The notes: generated by a model not told the origin, from the sequence alone. A stretch of 64,000 bases of DNA from Felis catus (GCF_018350175.1 NC_058368.1:51461815-51525814), one strand, 5' to 3'; shown: positions 1 to 14,006, numbered from the stretch's first letter. Made by a program: numbers and translations.

Positions 1-1385
1 TCATCAAGACAGTATGGTACTGGCACAAAAACGGACACTCAGATCAATGGAACAGAATAGAGAACCCAGAAATGGACAAAGGTATGGCCAACTAATCTTT
101 GACAAAGCAGGAAAGAATATCCAATGGAATAAAGACAGTCTCTTCAGCAAGTGGTGCTGGGAAAACTGGACAGCAACATGCAGAAGAATGAACCTGGACC
201 ACTTTCTTACACCATACACAAAAATAAACTCAAAATGGATGAAAGACCTCAATGTAAGACAGGAAGCCATCAGAATCCTTGAGGAGAAAGCAGGCAAAAA
301 CCTCTTTGATCTTGCCTGCAGCAACTTCTTACTCAACATGTCTCCAGAGGCAAGGGAAACCAAAGCAAAAATCAACTACTGGGACCTCATCAAAATAAAA
401 AGCTTCTGCACAGCAAAGGAAACCATCAGCAAAACTAAAAGGCAACCTATGGAATGGAGAAGATATCTGCAAATGACATATCAGATAAAGGGTTAGTATC
501 CCAAATCTATTAAGAACTTATCAAACTCAACAACCAAAAAACAAATAATCCAGTGAAGAAATGGGCAAAAGACATGAATAGACATTTCTCAAAAGAAGAT
601 ATACAGATGGCCAACTGACACATGAAAAAATGCTCAACATCACTCATCTTCAGGGAAATACAAATCAAAATCACAATGAGATACCACCTCACACCTGTCA
701 GAATGGCTAACATTAACAACTCAGGCAACAACCGATGTTGGTGAGGAGGCGGAGAAAGAGGATCTCTTTTGCAGTGTTGGTGGGAATGCAAGCTAGTGCA
801 GCTACTCTGGAAAACAGTATGGAGGTTCCTCAAAAAACTAAAAATAGAACTACCCTATGACCCAGCAATTGCACTACTAGGCATTTATCCAAGGGATACA
901 GGTGTGCTGTTTCGAAGGGACACATGCACCCCCATGTTTATGGCAGCACTATCAACAACAGCCAAAGTATGGAAAGAGTCCTAGTGTCCATCGATGGATG
1001 AATGGATAAAGAAGATGTGGTATATATATACAATTGAGTATTACTCGGCAATCAAAAAGAATGAAATCTTGCCGTTTGCAACTACGTGGATAGAACTGGA
1101 GGGTATTTGTAAAATTAGTAAGAGAAAGACAAATATCGTATGACTTCACTCATATGAGGACTTTAAGAGACAAAACAGATGAACATAAGGGAAGGAAAAC
1201 AAAAATAATATAAAAACAGGGAGGGGGACAAAACAGAAGAGACTCATAAATATGGAGAACAAACTGAGGGTTACCGGAGGGGTTGTTGGAGGGGGGATGG
1301 GCTAAAAGGATAAGGGGCACTAAGGAATCTACTCCTGAAATCATTGTTGCACTATATGCTAATTTGGATGTAAATTAAAAAAATG
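1..1385 (+). mobile_element. LINE-1 3' portion (ORF2 C-terminus, 3'UTR, A-tail), carnivore/felid type, disabled
   Basis: ORFs 14-496 and 769-984 give L1 ORF2 C-terminal peptides ([47 protein letters not shown]) broken by stops and frameshifts; G-rich 3'UTR and A-rich tail; runs off the window start. Confidence 0.95.
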
Positions 1386-1393
1386 AAATATTA

Positions 1394-1610
1394 GGGGCGC
1401 CTGGGTGGCTCAGTCGGTTAAGTGTCCAACTTCGGCTCAGGTCATGATCTTGTGGTTCACGAGTTTAAGCCCCGTGTCAGGCTCTGTGCTGACAGCTCGG
1501 AGCCTGGAGCCTGCTTCCGATTCTGTGTCTCCCTCTCTCTCTGACCCTCCCCCCATTCATGCTCTGTCTCTCTCTGTCTCAAAAAATAAACATTAAAAAA
1601 AAAATTTAAA
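1394..1610 (+). mobile_element. Can-SINE (SINEC_Fc-like) inserted in the L1 tail
   Basis: GGGGCGCCTGGGTGGCTCAGTCGGTTAAG head, (CT)n, AATAAA/A-tail; GAAATATTA duplicated on both sides. Confidence 0.95.
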
Positions 1611-2199
1611 AAAAGAAATATTAAATAAATAAATAAATATAAAAAATAAAAAGATAGTGGATGAAAAGTAGTCCAGAAACAGTAATTGGGAACAAGGAGA
1701 CTAACCACATCATTTTATTATTTTATATGCCCATCATAAGCAGAAAATGTTTCTTATTCATCTTTCTATTCTAAATACCCAGCATAATTCCTGCACATAG
1801 TCAGCATGCAATTAATGTTTTAGGAATAAATGAGTAACTTCTTTTTGTATCACTCTTATCACAAGCTGCTCCTAAAAAGCAGACATAAAACCTGAGGCCA
1901 AGAGAAGGAAGATTACTAAAGGCATAAAGCTAAAGACAGAAATGAAGGGATGGAAGACCTTGACTTCTCACCTCTTCCTGGATATCTTAGGATACCACTT
2001 TTAGGAAAATCACCAAATGAAACCTTTAAAGAAATTAAAACAGATTTTTAAGATTCCCATACTCTGACTTTGCACATAACACCAAGAAGTGGAAAAGAAG
2101 TAGAGGCTGAAATTCTGAATGACTATGTACCAAATATATTAAGAATGTTCTCCACTTCCCTCTTTTATCCCACAAACAGAAGTAATAAGAAATGATGTA

Positions 2200-2660
2200 G
2201 TTAACATTTATTATTTAGCTGCCCACCCAGCATCACTTTCCTTAGGGTAACCACCCCCCTCCCATTTCACATGGCCTGCTCAGTAGGTTGCTGGCCTACC
2301 TATCTCCCATCACAGGGTTATAAATGTAACTCAGTCTAACCAAAGTACCCCATCTCCAAGGCCAAAATGAATGATGAAGGTCAATCAAAAATCACACCCA
2401 AGACTTTCTGCTAGAATAAAGGAGATTGCCTCTTGACCAAAAAAATGCAGTTGGAGCTCCCAGAAGCCTTAGTCCTCAGCCATAGGCAATTAAGTCCACA
2501 CACAGAAGAAAGCAGAAGCAAGAAATGAAGACACAGAATTGATGACATTACTTAATCCCTGGATCCAGCTGTGTCTCAAGACACAGCCACCAAATAAATT
2601 TCATCCCCTACACTTTTACTTTTTGGTTTACTACTAAAAGTACATTTCTCTCAGCTTTAA
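2200..2660. mobile_element. Old MaLR (MLT1-like) LTR remnant
   Basis: Degenerate MLT1-like motifs (CCCTGGATCCAGCTGTG..., AATAAATT); recognised by eye. Confidence 0.4.
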
Positions 2661-3395
2661 AATGTAAGAATACTAATTAAGAAGGGCAGGAAACAACTGT
2701 TTCTGGAAATTAAATATGATACAGAGGCCAAGCTAAGCTATTGTTTCTTTAACCAAAAGTGGACCTGTTCAGAAATCATAGTTAATGATTCCTCTCTTTC
2801 TATTGTCTAGGCTTCTTAGTACTGTTCAAAAGAAAACACACTCCGGTAGAATGTAAAAATGTTTAAGATTTAATTGAGATTTCTGCATTAGATGGAAAAA
2901 AGGTCCTTGATCTCTATGGTCTCATCTAATTCAGATATTCTACATTGTCTTTCCTTTTGCACAGCCACCCACCATCAAAAGAGCTCAGAATATAGACATA
3001 CCAAGATTCTCCCCAATTCATGACATATGGACAGACGTTATGATGAACCCAAATCCACGTCCCAACTCACAGCCAGTTTTACTCAGTTTCTAGAACATGC
3101 AGTCAGAGTGTAAAAAAGAGAAGAGAAATGGATATTTCCCCCAGAGAAGTGTTCAAAGATAATGTGAATAAACTGTAAATAATTTTCAACACCCAGATAT
3201 TAACTTCTAGGCTACTGATCATGAAATGTTCAAACATGAAATTAAACAGTGTAACCAAGTAATAAGGGGCCTTTAAAAACTTTAAAAAAAAAAGAAAGAA
3301 ATCGTTTGCTAGTTATACTTTTTTAATCTTGGCATTTTAATTCAAATTATTGTATGAAAAAATCCTTACTCCCTATAAATTGCCAGCAGTTTTAC

Positions 3396-3471
3396 CTTGC
3401 TTCTTGTCTTCACTTTTGATTTGCTCTTCTGTTTTCTTTTCAACTTTTTCTTATTTAAAATTTTCTTATTC
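3396..3471 (-). CDS. MYCBP2: MYCBP2 coding exon 2 (76 nt)
   Basis: Minus strand catttttag|G AAT AAG AAA ATT TTA ... AGA AGC AAG|gtaaaa encodes (R)NKKILNKKKLKRKQKSKSKVKTRSK, which follows GHPASR in mammalian MYCBP2; phase fits exon 1 (AG+G=Arg; 302+76=378 nt). Confidence 0.97.
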
Positions 3472-3694
3472 CTAAAAATGGAAAAAACAAATTATAAAAG
3501 TTCATATTAGAACATACAAAGCTATGAAAAATAGGTACTTCTAAAGTAGACATTTGAATATTTCTCCTATAAGCTTTCTTTTTATGAAACAATATACTCT
3601 AGATGTACATATAAGATGTAGCTACTGAAATAATTATACTGGAAAGCTAAGAAACACACATTAAATGATTAAAAATTGAATTCTGCGAATATTT

Positions 3695-3904
3695 AAAAAA
3701 AATTTTTTTAACGTTTATTTTTGAGAGACAGACAGATTGTGAGCAGGGGAGGGGCACACAGAGGGATGGAGACACAAAATCAGACAGGCTCCAGGCTCTG
3801 AGCAGTCAGCACAGAGCCTGATGCGGGCTCAAACTCACCAGCTGTTGAGATCATGACCTAAGCTGAAGTCAAACACTCAACCAAATGAGCAACCCAGGTG
3901 CCCC
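3695..3904 (-). mobile_element. Can-SINE
   Basis: Reverse head ...CCCAGGTGCCCC; TSD TCTGC(G/A)AATATTT. Confidence 0.93.
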
Positions 3905-4279
3905 TCTGCAAATATTTTTATAAAACTAAAAAATGTAAAACATCAAATGAAGTTTTAAAAATTTTATTCAACAGTGGGGATGCTAATAAAATATCACATA
4001 TGTTCCCTTCCCAGAAAAATGTGCTCTTTGTAGTAGTGAGGTCTACAGTGTAAAAAGGGACAGGAGGCACTTTTTACTAAATTGCTATAGAAAAAAACCC
4101 CAACATATACTCTTCTCACATTCTGCAGTCAGTTTTTCATCACCTCACAGTCCTAAGACAAAATTATTCTCTAAGCAGATGGAAGCCCCTGCATGACTTT
4201 GAGAAAGAGACGGGGGGAAAAATGTGGCAAAGAATTATAGTGGAAGAAACAAGAGTCAAGGAAAACAATTTATTTTCAT

Positions 4280-5850
4280 TTAATATTTTTTTATGTCTGC
4301 CATGCTGAGGTGCACACTGTTAGTACTAAAAATACAGGATGAAAAAGAAAAAGTTCTTGACCTCAAGGAGCTCAAAGACTTGAATGAAAAACATAGGTGA
4401 ATAATCTATGAAGAGGATGCTACTGCTATAAAAAAAATAGTGAAGAAGAAGAGGAGGACGAGAAAAGGAGGGAGGCAGAGAAAGGGAAGTGAAGCGTAGA
4501 AGAAGAGACGGAGGGGAAGGAAGAGACTCTAGATGCTGAAGGTCAAGTCCTTAACACTTGGTAACTAACTTACTGGAAGCTGTGACCAAAACAAAAGTTG
4601 TACCCCTAGGCCACCTGGAGGTAGGGATGTCACTCATAAAAATAGGGAAGTCAAGGGGAACAATTAGTTTCCAAAAAGAAAAAATTGGTTCAGCTTTAAA
4701 GATGTTTGAGTTAAAGATACTAAAATGCCAACAAGATAGACATGAACAAGCATATGAAAATTCATCTCTGCCAGTTCCTTCAGCTCCCTAAACCAAAATA
4801 ATCACAAAATCTTGTCAACTATGTCTTATAAACAGTTCTTGAATCTGTCTACATCGTCTCTACTGCTGTTTTGTTTTTGTTTTTGTTTTTTTTTTTTTTT
4901 TAACTGCTGCAATTCTAATAATCTAAGTTACCACCACTTCTTGCCCGGTCTACTTCGTTATTCATTTCTGCACATCCACATTTGCCCCACTTCAATTCAT
5001 TCTTCATACAGGAACCCAAATCAACTTTTAAAAACACAAATCTGAGTAGGTAATTACCTCACTTAAAACCCTACTAGTAGCTTCTCAATTCTCTTGGGAT
5101 AAAGTCCAAAAGCATTGGCACAGTTTAAGAGATCTTTTACCAAGATCTGGCCTCTGCCAGCCTCTCCTTCTTCATTTTGCATCTGTCTCCAACTTATTCA
5201 TCATACTCCAGGCACAAAAATATCCTTCTAGTTGTCTGACCTGCTAATAAGCTCCTTGGGGGCTTTCACAAAGGTTCTCCCTCTTCCTGGCATTCTCTCC
5301 CACATCTTCTGCTAACCACTAGTCAGTCACCTCTGAGGTTCCAATAGAAGTGTCGTTTATTCAGGAATGTCTCAGAGTGGGTTAGTTTCCCTAATATACA
5401 CTCTCATTTCATTTTATATTTGTGTTTCATTGTGCAATCTCCCACTGTAATTATGTATGAGGTTATGTGTTTAATGCACTACTCCTTCATAAAGCTATAA
5501 GCTCCAAAAGTACAGAGGCCATGTCTTTCTTATGCAGTGTTCTAGCCTCTTTGTCCAGAAAAGCACCTAGAACAAAGTACTTAATACTATTTTGAGAGAA
5601 AGAGAAAAGCAGGAGGAAAGAGAGAGGAAGGAGAGAAAAGAGGGAAGAAGTTCAGAGCTATGGCTATAAACCTTAAGCTTACAGAGTAAAATAAGCAGAG
5701 GACCAAGGATAGATTCATAGATATGCCAATACATTTAAAGGATATGGAGCCAGACATGTCCATTTAGGAGCTATCCATGAGATTATTTTACACAGATTTT
5801 GGTGCCAAGTAGGTAATGGAAAAACCATGTGTGTAGGTAAGATTTCCCCA
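4280..5850. mobile_element. Degraded L2-like fragments in both orientations
   Basis: L2-like motifs (CCTCAAGGAGCTCA; ACTTAAAACCCT...CTTGGGATAAAGTCCAAA; AAGCTCC...GCACCTAGAACA). Confidence 0.5.
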
Positions 5851-7334
5851 GGATAGTATACTACAAAAGTAAAGAGAAAGACTGATCAATAGTGTCATGT
5901 GCTACAAATAAACACATATACCTGCTTACAGTCTATTCAACTATGCGCATTGTGGGAGCATGAAGAATGTCTATTTCTTTCTTTTTGTTTAAAGAATATT
6001 TATTTTAACTCTTTACTTTCAATACCAACATCAGTCCCTGACATAAAATGGATGTTCAAGAATTATCACATGAAGAAAAAGTTAATGAAAAAGTAAGGAG
6101 TAATTCTCATTATGGTTTAGAAAACCAACGTCTCTTTATACTAGAACAAAATGAGTTATTTGAGCAACAGGTATATGTAACTGCTAAAAGGTTAGTCCCT
6201 TCTATACAATTTAGTCAAGGTTCACTCAAAAACAATCTTCAGAGAAGAATACATAAAGCTAAATTAAGATGACTCTCCTGAAGCTTAGTTATCACAGACT
6301 TAAGTTTTCACAAATATACACCAATATTTTTCTTTTGTTTAATGAACATCTTTAAAGTTCAAATGGCTTTAATATGTATTCCCAAAAATATTTCTTCCTA
6401 TGCATTTAATTAGTTTGGCATTTAATTAGCTATAACAATGTTAATGAATCTAAACCCACCAATTCCTGAATATAAACAGCTTTTGCCATATTCTCACAAA
6501 TTGATTTCAGTGTGTTTTCTGTTAATTTGGCTTGTTTTAGAATTAGATGTTTATCAAAAAGAGAAAGTAATTAGTTAAAAAGTATATGAAGAAAATTTAT
6601 AGTCAACATTAGGAAATATAAATGCTATTTGCTAGTAAGTTAACATCCCGATATATGACTAATGGGAAAGCTTAGTTGAAAACCAAGTTTAAAATAAACT
6701 TTTCATGACATCGGAGGATGGATAAAAGGAAAGTTCGAGAAACCAGTCTCGCAAGTTAACAATTTACCTTGGAATTTATGATGATTTAGGATGTTTTAAA
6801 TTTTAAACCAAATAGGAACTTAATGAAGAATGTCTGAAATTGGTCCTGTAGAATTTTTAATCATTTCACAGAAAGAACCTCACACCAGTGAGATTTTAAA
6901 GAATTATGGGTGCTAATAGAAGGCAAAAGCTGTTAACATTCTTTAATATTTATTTTAAGAATATTTACTTTAAAAATTCTGAAGAAGCAATTTTTAATAG
7001 CTACCACTGTTTATGGAAAACCAATTTTTTTCTGCAATATAAGAACAAAGGAATTTTGCAAGTTGTTCCATGATACAGATCATTAGCTTTTATATCAGCT
7101 TATTACAGAATCTGTTTTCCAACAAAACAAAAATTAGTCATAATTTAGTTTAAAAATGTCTCATCTCTCACTCTGAATCTGTATCTTCATCTGTAAAATA
7201 AAACGATGAAGGCGATGATTTCTGAGATGACTAGAGTTTTAATAAATCCAAATTCAAAAAACTTCTGGGATAAGATTTCAAACTTTTGTTTAATTTCCCT
7301 TAGTAACAAGAAAGGAAAAATCCCTGGTGTGAGG

Positions 7335-7660
7335 CAGGAATAGGCAAGTTGTTTTTTTGTTTTGTTTGTTTCTGTAAAGGGCTGGATTATAAATATTTTT
7401 CATTTTGTAGACTATAGGATCTCTGTTGCAACTACTCAACCATTATACCTGAAAGCAGACACAGACAACACATAAACAGACAAGTGTGGTTATATTCCAA
7501 ACTATTTCAGGACAGTGAAGTTTGAATTTCATATAATGTTTATGTGCCCAAAACATTTTTTTTAAGCTTTTAAAAATGTCAAAACCATTCTTAGTTCACA
7601 GGCCATACAAAGCAGGCACTGGACCAATTTGGTCTGTGTGTCACAGTTGGTCGACCCCTG
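7335..7660. mobile_element. MER58-like hAT/Charlie DNA-transposon relic
   Basis: CAGGAATAGGCAA...TCTGTAAAGGGC...TCTCTGTTGCAACTACTCAAC...GTCGACCCCTG. Confidence 0.6.
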
Positions 7661-9368
7661 AACTAGAGCGTATTTTGATAAACAGGCTCATATCAGAAAG
7701 AAAAAAAAAATAACTATTAGTATGCAACACAAATAAAACTATTCAAAATAGTCAGTATGCTAATATAAATAAGCATTCTTAAAATTATCTGCCTTTTCAT
7801 TTCACAAAGATAAACTCCTGACTTCCACTTCCGTAAAATAAGATACTAGAGCATTGCTTTTCCTTAAAAAAACTTGACTAGCATAGGAATGCTGTGGAAG
7901 TAATTAAGGAGCAGATGAACTAAAACTCCAGAGATGAAAGAGCACTTCAAGGGTGAGCTCAGACCATTGGCATTTTCTTCCATGGGGGTATTAGCAAAGT
8001 TTGGGTACAAGTGAGGTCAAATTGAACTTAGTTTAAACAGAGGAACTCTGCTGAAGAAAACCAGGAATTAGTGGTGCTTTAACTAGAATGAGACTGGAAA
8101 TCTAGAAAGGCTTCAAATATTCAGCCAGTTTCCCCAATGATACAAAGCTTAGTGATGGGACGCTTAAGGATAGGGAAGCTGGGCCAGCAGGACAGAGTCA
8201 ATTTCCCACAGTCTCCCAATGTCTAGAAGACAGAATCCCAGTGGAGGGAGGAGTCTACTTAATCCATGACTGGACTGAGATTGTCAACATCTCATCCTAT
8301 TTGACCAACACAGCAAATAGCAAACCTCTCTGAAAGAAAACAACTGTTCTCTTACACATAACGTTAGGCACATAGCATACATATTAAGAGATACATAAAG
8401 AAGCAAAATAATGTGACAGATCATCCCAAGAGAAAACCAGACAATCAGGCAGACTCTAGATAATTAGTAACTGAAGTTAAGAGGCAAGGATTTAAAATAG
8501 ATGCAAACATGGAAAAATTGAATGAAATGATGTAATTTTCAACAGAACTTACAAAAAAAAAGGCAAGTGGATTTTCTGAAAAGTAAATATTTGAAATTAA
8601 GAACTTGTCAAATGATTTTATGAGCAGAACAGACTAGAGGAAAACAGGATTCATGGACTTACAGACAGGCCAAGGGAAAATATCCAAACTCAAACACAGA
8701 GAAAAGAATGAGATGAATAAAACAGAAAGTATGAAACATGTGGAACATAATCAAATAGTCTCATAGTCATGTAACTGAAATCCAAGACAGAGAAAAAAAG
8801 AATGGACAAAAGCAATATGTGAAGAAATAATTAATGACAATTTTACAAAAGTGAGGAAAGAAATCAACTCAGAGATTCAAGAAACTCAAGGAAATCTCAA
8901 GCAGGAAAATGCAAAGAAAACCACACTAAAGCAACCAAATGCTGGGCACAGTCAAATTGCTGAAACAAAGGATAAAGAGAAAATCTTAAAAGCAACAAGA
9001 GAAAAAAGATGCTCTCAAAGGAACAACAATAAGATTGATAGCTTCCATTCTCTGTGTTGAACAGTGCTGGCAGACACAGAGGGGAGTGGGTAGCAACCTA
9101 GAATTATGTGCTTATCAAAAATATCCTTTAAAAATGAAGATAAAAATAGAGATATTTTTAGGACCACAAAAGCTGACATAATTCAGTGTCAACATACGAA
9201 CACTATAAGAAATACAAGGGAAGGTCTTCCTTTAATAATTGTTATGTCACAATTTTAAAAAGGACACAGACTTAAAGTAGAAGAAATGGAGAAGATAATA
9301 TCCTGAACACAGTGACCGCCCTTGCAAAAAATGTTGGTATGGTTATATTAGTATTTGACAAATTAATT

Positions 9369-9538
9369 AAATTTATTAAACTGAGAGAGACAGTATGCAA
9401 GCAGGGGAGGGGCAGAGAGGAAGACAGAGCATCCAATGAGGGCACCACGCTGGCAGTGCAGAGCTCAAACCCACAAACCATGAAATCGTGACTTGAATCA
9501 AAGTTGAATACTTCACTGACTGAGCCATCCAAGTGCCC
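9369..9538 (-). mobile_element. Can-SINE (diverged) inside L1
   Basis: Reverse head TGAGCCATCCAAGTGCCC; TSD TGACAAATTAATT. Confidence 0.85.
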
Positions 9539-9873
9539 TGACAAATTAATTTTTAACGCTAAAAGTATTATTAGAGATGAACTGAGCATTTCATAATGCT
9601 AACTGCGTCAATTCAATAGGAAAACCTAGCAATCCCAAATTTGAATGCATCTCATAACAACGTAACTTCACAACACATGAAGCAAAATTGAGCAAAGTAA
9701 AAGGACAAGGATGAATTCACAATCAAAAGAGCAGATTTCGACATACCTGTCTCTAATTGACAAAAGAAGTAGAGGACAAAACAGCACAGATATAGAAAGA
9801 CATTAAAACATGATTAATCAACCTAATTAACATACATAGAAAACCACACCTAACAACAGCAGAATGTACATTC

Positions 9874-10103
9874 TTTTTTTTTTTTTTTTTTAGTTTATTT
9901 ATTTATTTTGAAAGAGAGAGAGCACCAGCAGGGGAGGCGCAGAAAGAGAGAAGAGGAGAGAGAATCACAGCAGGCTTTGAACTATCAGCATGCAGCCAGA
10001 TGCAGGGCTGGAACTCATAAACCAGGAGATCATGACCTGAGCAGAAATCAAGAGCCGGATACTTAACCAACTTACTTAACCAACTGACCCACCCAGGCGC
10101 CCC
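9874..10103 (-). mobile_element. Can-SINE inside L1
   Basis: Poly-T, (GA)n, CCCAGGCGCCCC; TSD AGAATG(T/C)ACATTCTTTT. Confidence 0.93.
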
Positions 10104-12479
10104 AAGAATGCACATTCTTTTCTAATGTAAGCAGAATATTTACCAAAATAGGCAACAGTATGCTGAACCACAAACCAAGTCTCAACAAATTTCTAAAGAC
10201 TATGATTGTGATCACCGAACAGTTAGAAACCAAAAGAAAGAAAACTAAGATATTCCCAAATGTTTTAAAATCTTTAAAAAACAAAAACAAAAACAGGTTT
10301 TAAATAACCTATGAGTCAAAGAGCTATAATGGAAAGCTAAAATGGAAATCAGAAAATATTTTCAATTAAATAAAAATGACATATGACATATCAAAACTTG
10401 TGAAATGCAGCTAAAGTAGTGCTCAGGGAAAATGTACAGCTTTTTACAAAGATATAAATGCATATAATGAAAAAAGAAATTTTGAAAGTAAATAAGCTAG
10501 GCATACAACTTTAGAAACTAGAAAAACAAAAGCACATAAAGAATGTAAAGAAAGGAAAACAAAAGAAAGAACAGATATTACTAAAATAGAAAGCAGACAT
10601 TCAATAGAGAAAATCAAGGAACCAAAACTAGTTCTCTGAAAAGATTAATACAAGACTGCTCCAGCAAAACTAGTCAGGAAAAAAATAAAATCACAATTAC
10701 CCATATGAGAAATAAGACAGAGGACATTACTATGGATGCTGCCCATAAATTTCACAATTTAAATATGAGGGCAAATTCCATTGCAAAATATAACTTCTCA
10801 ATACTAAACAAGGAAAAACAATACAACATCTGAATAGTCCTCTGTTAATGACACTGAATCCCTAACCAATATCTTCCCACAAAGAAAACTGTAGACTCAG
10901 TGGCTTCACCAGTGAATTCCTTTAAACACTTAATTCACTGGTACATTCTTTCAAACAACTTCAATCTTAAACTAACTCTTCCTAGAATATAAAAAGAAAC
11001 TTTCCCCAACTCATTTTATGAGACTAGCATAATTCTGATACCAAAATCTGAAAAGAATATTTCAAAATAAGAAAACTTTAAGCCAATATCTCCAATGAAC
11101 GTAGAAGCAAAAAATACTACATAGCCAACAAGTGGAAACAACCCAAATGTTCATCAATTGACAATAGATAAATAACATGTGGTACATCCATATAATGGAA
11201 TATTATTCAGTCATAAAAAAGAAACAAGTAGACACATGCTACATTATGGATGAACCTTGAAAACACTATGCTAAGTGAAAGAAACAAAGGCCACCAAAGG
11301 TCACAAATTATATGATTCTATTTATATGAAATGTCCAAATTAGACAAATCCATAGAAACAGGAAACTGATTGGTGGTTACCGGGGGCTGATGGAAAAGAT
11401 AAGGGGAGTGACTATTAATGGGTATGGGATTTCTTTTTCGGGGTGAGGAAAACTATTCTGGTTGTACAACTTCGTTAATATACTAAAACCACTGATTTGT
11501 ATATTTTTACATGGTGTGTTTTATGATACACAAATTACATTTCAATTAAAAATGTGAGATAAAAGTCACTGATCTAAAAATAATTCTAATGTTCAGCAAC
11601 ATATAAAAAGGATAGATAAAATGTAAGATCTAATCAATGTAATTCAACGTAATAACAAAATAAGGAAAAAATATGACCATTTCAACAGAAACAGAAAAAG
11701 TATTTTATAAAACTGTTTGTGATGAAATGCCTCCTCAGTAAGGAAGAAAAAAAAGTAATCTGTTAATTACTAAATCTGATAACTACTTCATCTGTAAGTC
11801 AGTCAAGGAAAAGAAATAAAAGTCATACTGGCTAAAAAGAAAACAGTGAAGCATTTTTACTTGTAGATAACCTAACTGTGTTTATAGAAAGTACAAAGTA
11901 ATCTACAAATAATAAGTGAATTACCCAGGTCACTAGATACAACACTAATTTTTTAAAAATCAACAAATTTTAAAGAACTATATTATGTAAACTGAAGCTT
12001 TTCTATATAAGCCAGACTTATTTCTCCTGTGTAATTAATGTAATGATACTCTCATTATTGTGTTAAAGCATCACTAAATAAATTAGGGAGAACAGTAGTC
12101 TGATTACTAAGTAGAAAACTTTTATTTACTTGACCTAGGCTGATAATTAGTAATAAGAAAAGAGATTTTAGCAGTTCAAACTGATCTAGGGGAGAGATGC
12201 AAACAGATTTCCTATATATAGCTTCAGTCTCCTGATCTATTTACAAATCTTCATATGGGGAGGGGTTGGGGATGGGGGATAAAAACTATAAATAAAAGCA
12301 CCTTGGCAGTAGGCAGAGGAATATAAGAAAAAGAGGGTGAGAGAAAAGAAGTCTCTGAAAAGTTAGGACTTTTAGACCATGCCTCATTCAGATTTACGCC
12401 GTAAGTACACACAGCCTAAGTGGGTGAGAAAAACTCAAACCATGAAGCAACTGTAAAACTTTCTAAAGACAATCTATTC

Positions 12480-12855
12480 CCCCCAGGTCTCAGAGAGCTA
12501 CCACAAGGGTAATGACAGCAGTCAAATAAGCAGGCCCACAAAGACACAAGGCATAATGAAAACTAGCAGAAACAGACAACAGAAAGACCCAGAACAGAGT
12601 ATAGGTGAAATTTTCAGATACAACTATGTTTACCAAACTCAAATAAATAAAAGCCTAAAATATCTGCAGCGTATGGGGAATATAGCACATATAAAAGAGA
12701 ATCTAATCAAACTTGTATGAAATAGAAAAATAAGTGAAATTAAAGACTCACTAGGTAGGTTTGCAGCATATCAGACACAGGTGAATAAAGAATTTGAAGA
12801 GATTGGGAAAAAAGTATCTAGAATTCAGCACAGAAAGATAAAAAGGTTGAAAATG
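12480..12855 (+). mobile_element. Old L1 ORF1-region fragment
   Basis: A-rich ORF1-like sequence (GAAATTAAAGACTCACTAGGTAGGTT...GACACAGGTGAA). Confidence 0.5.
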
Positions 12856-13809
12856 TGCCCTTCAGGCAACCTCCTCCTTCAACTCCCACCATCCCAAAAG
12901 AGAAAGCCCTTGTTCCATCCAAGTACACTTCTCATACACTGGACTCCATCTCATTCACCATCCTTGGAATTTCACTCAACTACTTACATCCATTCTTTGT
13001 TCACTCTTTAATCTCTTTTACCTATGACTTCTAACCCTAGAAGCCTCCTCCAAATGGAAAAAAAAAAATAATAATAAAAGTTATTTGATTCTCTATTTCT
13101 CTTCATCACTAAATTTCTTAGGAAAAAACTGGCATGAATTTTTTCAATCCCTTACTTTCAAGCTCCTACAAGTATAGGAGACTTCCACAAACTTCCTTGT
13201 TGCCTACTGAACTCCCTAACTTCAGTCTTTATCCTTCACATTCTTCCATTTAGGAGTATTGTCAAACAGTCTACTTTAAATACCTTCCTTCTACCCTTTG
13301 GTTTCAACCCCTATTTTAGGGCTCCTTCAACTTTTGATGATGATTCTCAATCTTGTTTATTAGCTCCTTTTCCTGTCCCTTAAATCTTTAGTACGTATAG
13401 TATGTCTTATGAGAGTTATTTGTTTATATTCTATATTTATTTCTATATTGGTATTTTACAAACCTTGTTTGCCATAATCCGTAACAACCCTAAACATAAC
13501 TACTGATAGTTTCTGAAGATCATCACAATGCTGGTCTAGAGCCAGTTATGTTCTCTCATAATGAAGGTAATCTACCATAAAAATTGACAACTTTTCTTGC
13601 CACTTCAAAACTCCACTCCTTAACCATTTATTCAGATTAGATCATCTAACCCTCTTCTTTACTTCTTAAATGGGGACATCATTATGAAAGTACTCCTTTT
13701 ACTTTCCTTTCACTCAGCAGGAAATGTTCTCTACAAGGCCCTTACTCCATAAATTATCCCCATTCTCTTTTTTGTTCATTATTCCTGCCCTTCTCCCTCA
13801 GTCTACCAG

Positions 13810-14000
13810 GTTAAGAGTACAGAATTTAGAGACAAATGACCTAGGTTCAAAAGCAGGCTGTGTCATTTATTAGCCGTGATCTTGGGAAAGTTACTTAACC
13901 TCTCTGCCTCAGTTGTCTGATCTGCAAAATAGGGTGAAAACAGTACCTCTCTCATTGGATTATAAAGCACTTAGAATTATGCCTGGTATTTAATAAGCAC
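13810..14000 (+). mobile_element. MIR SINE
   Basis: MIR core CTTGGGAAAGTTACTTAACCTCTCTGCCTCAGTT...CTGCAAAATAGGG. Confidence 0.8.
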
Positions 14001-14006
14001 TAAACA

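Larger units (their letters stand above)
7820..11960 (+). mobile_element. Old L1 (L1M-type) with ORF1 and ORF2 remnants, interrupted by two SINEs and a separate L1 3' end (about 11120-11550)
   Basis: ORF1-like peptide (EIQETQ...KDKEKILKATREK) and decayed ORF2 motifs (CCCCAACTCATTTTATGAGACTAGCATAATTCTGATACCAAAA). Confidence 0.8.

Noticed and set aside
14..984. ORFs 14-496 and 769-984 as a host gene or active L1
   Set aside because: L1 ORF2 fragments broken by frameshifts and stops
1..3395. MYCBP2 exon 3 (SENLENTVIIPDIKLHS...)
   Set aside because: Not found between exon 2 and the window start; presumably lies outside the window
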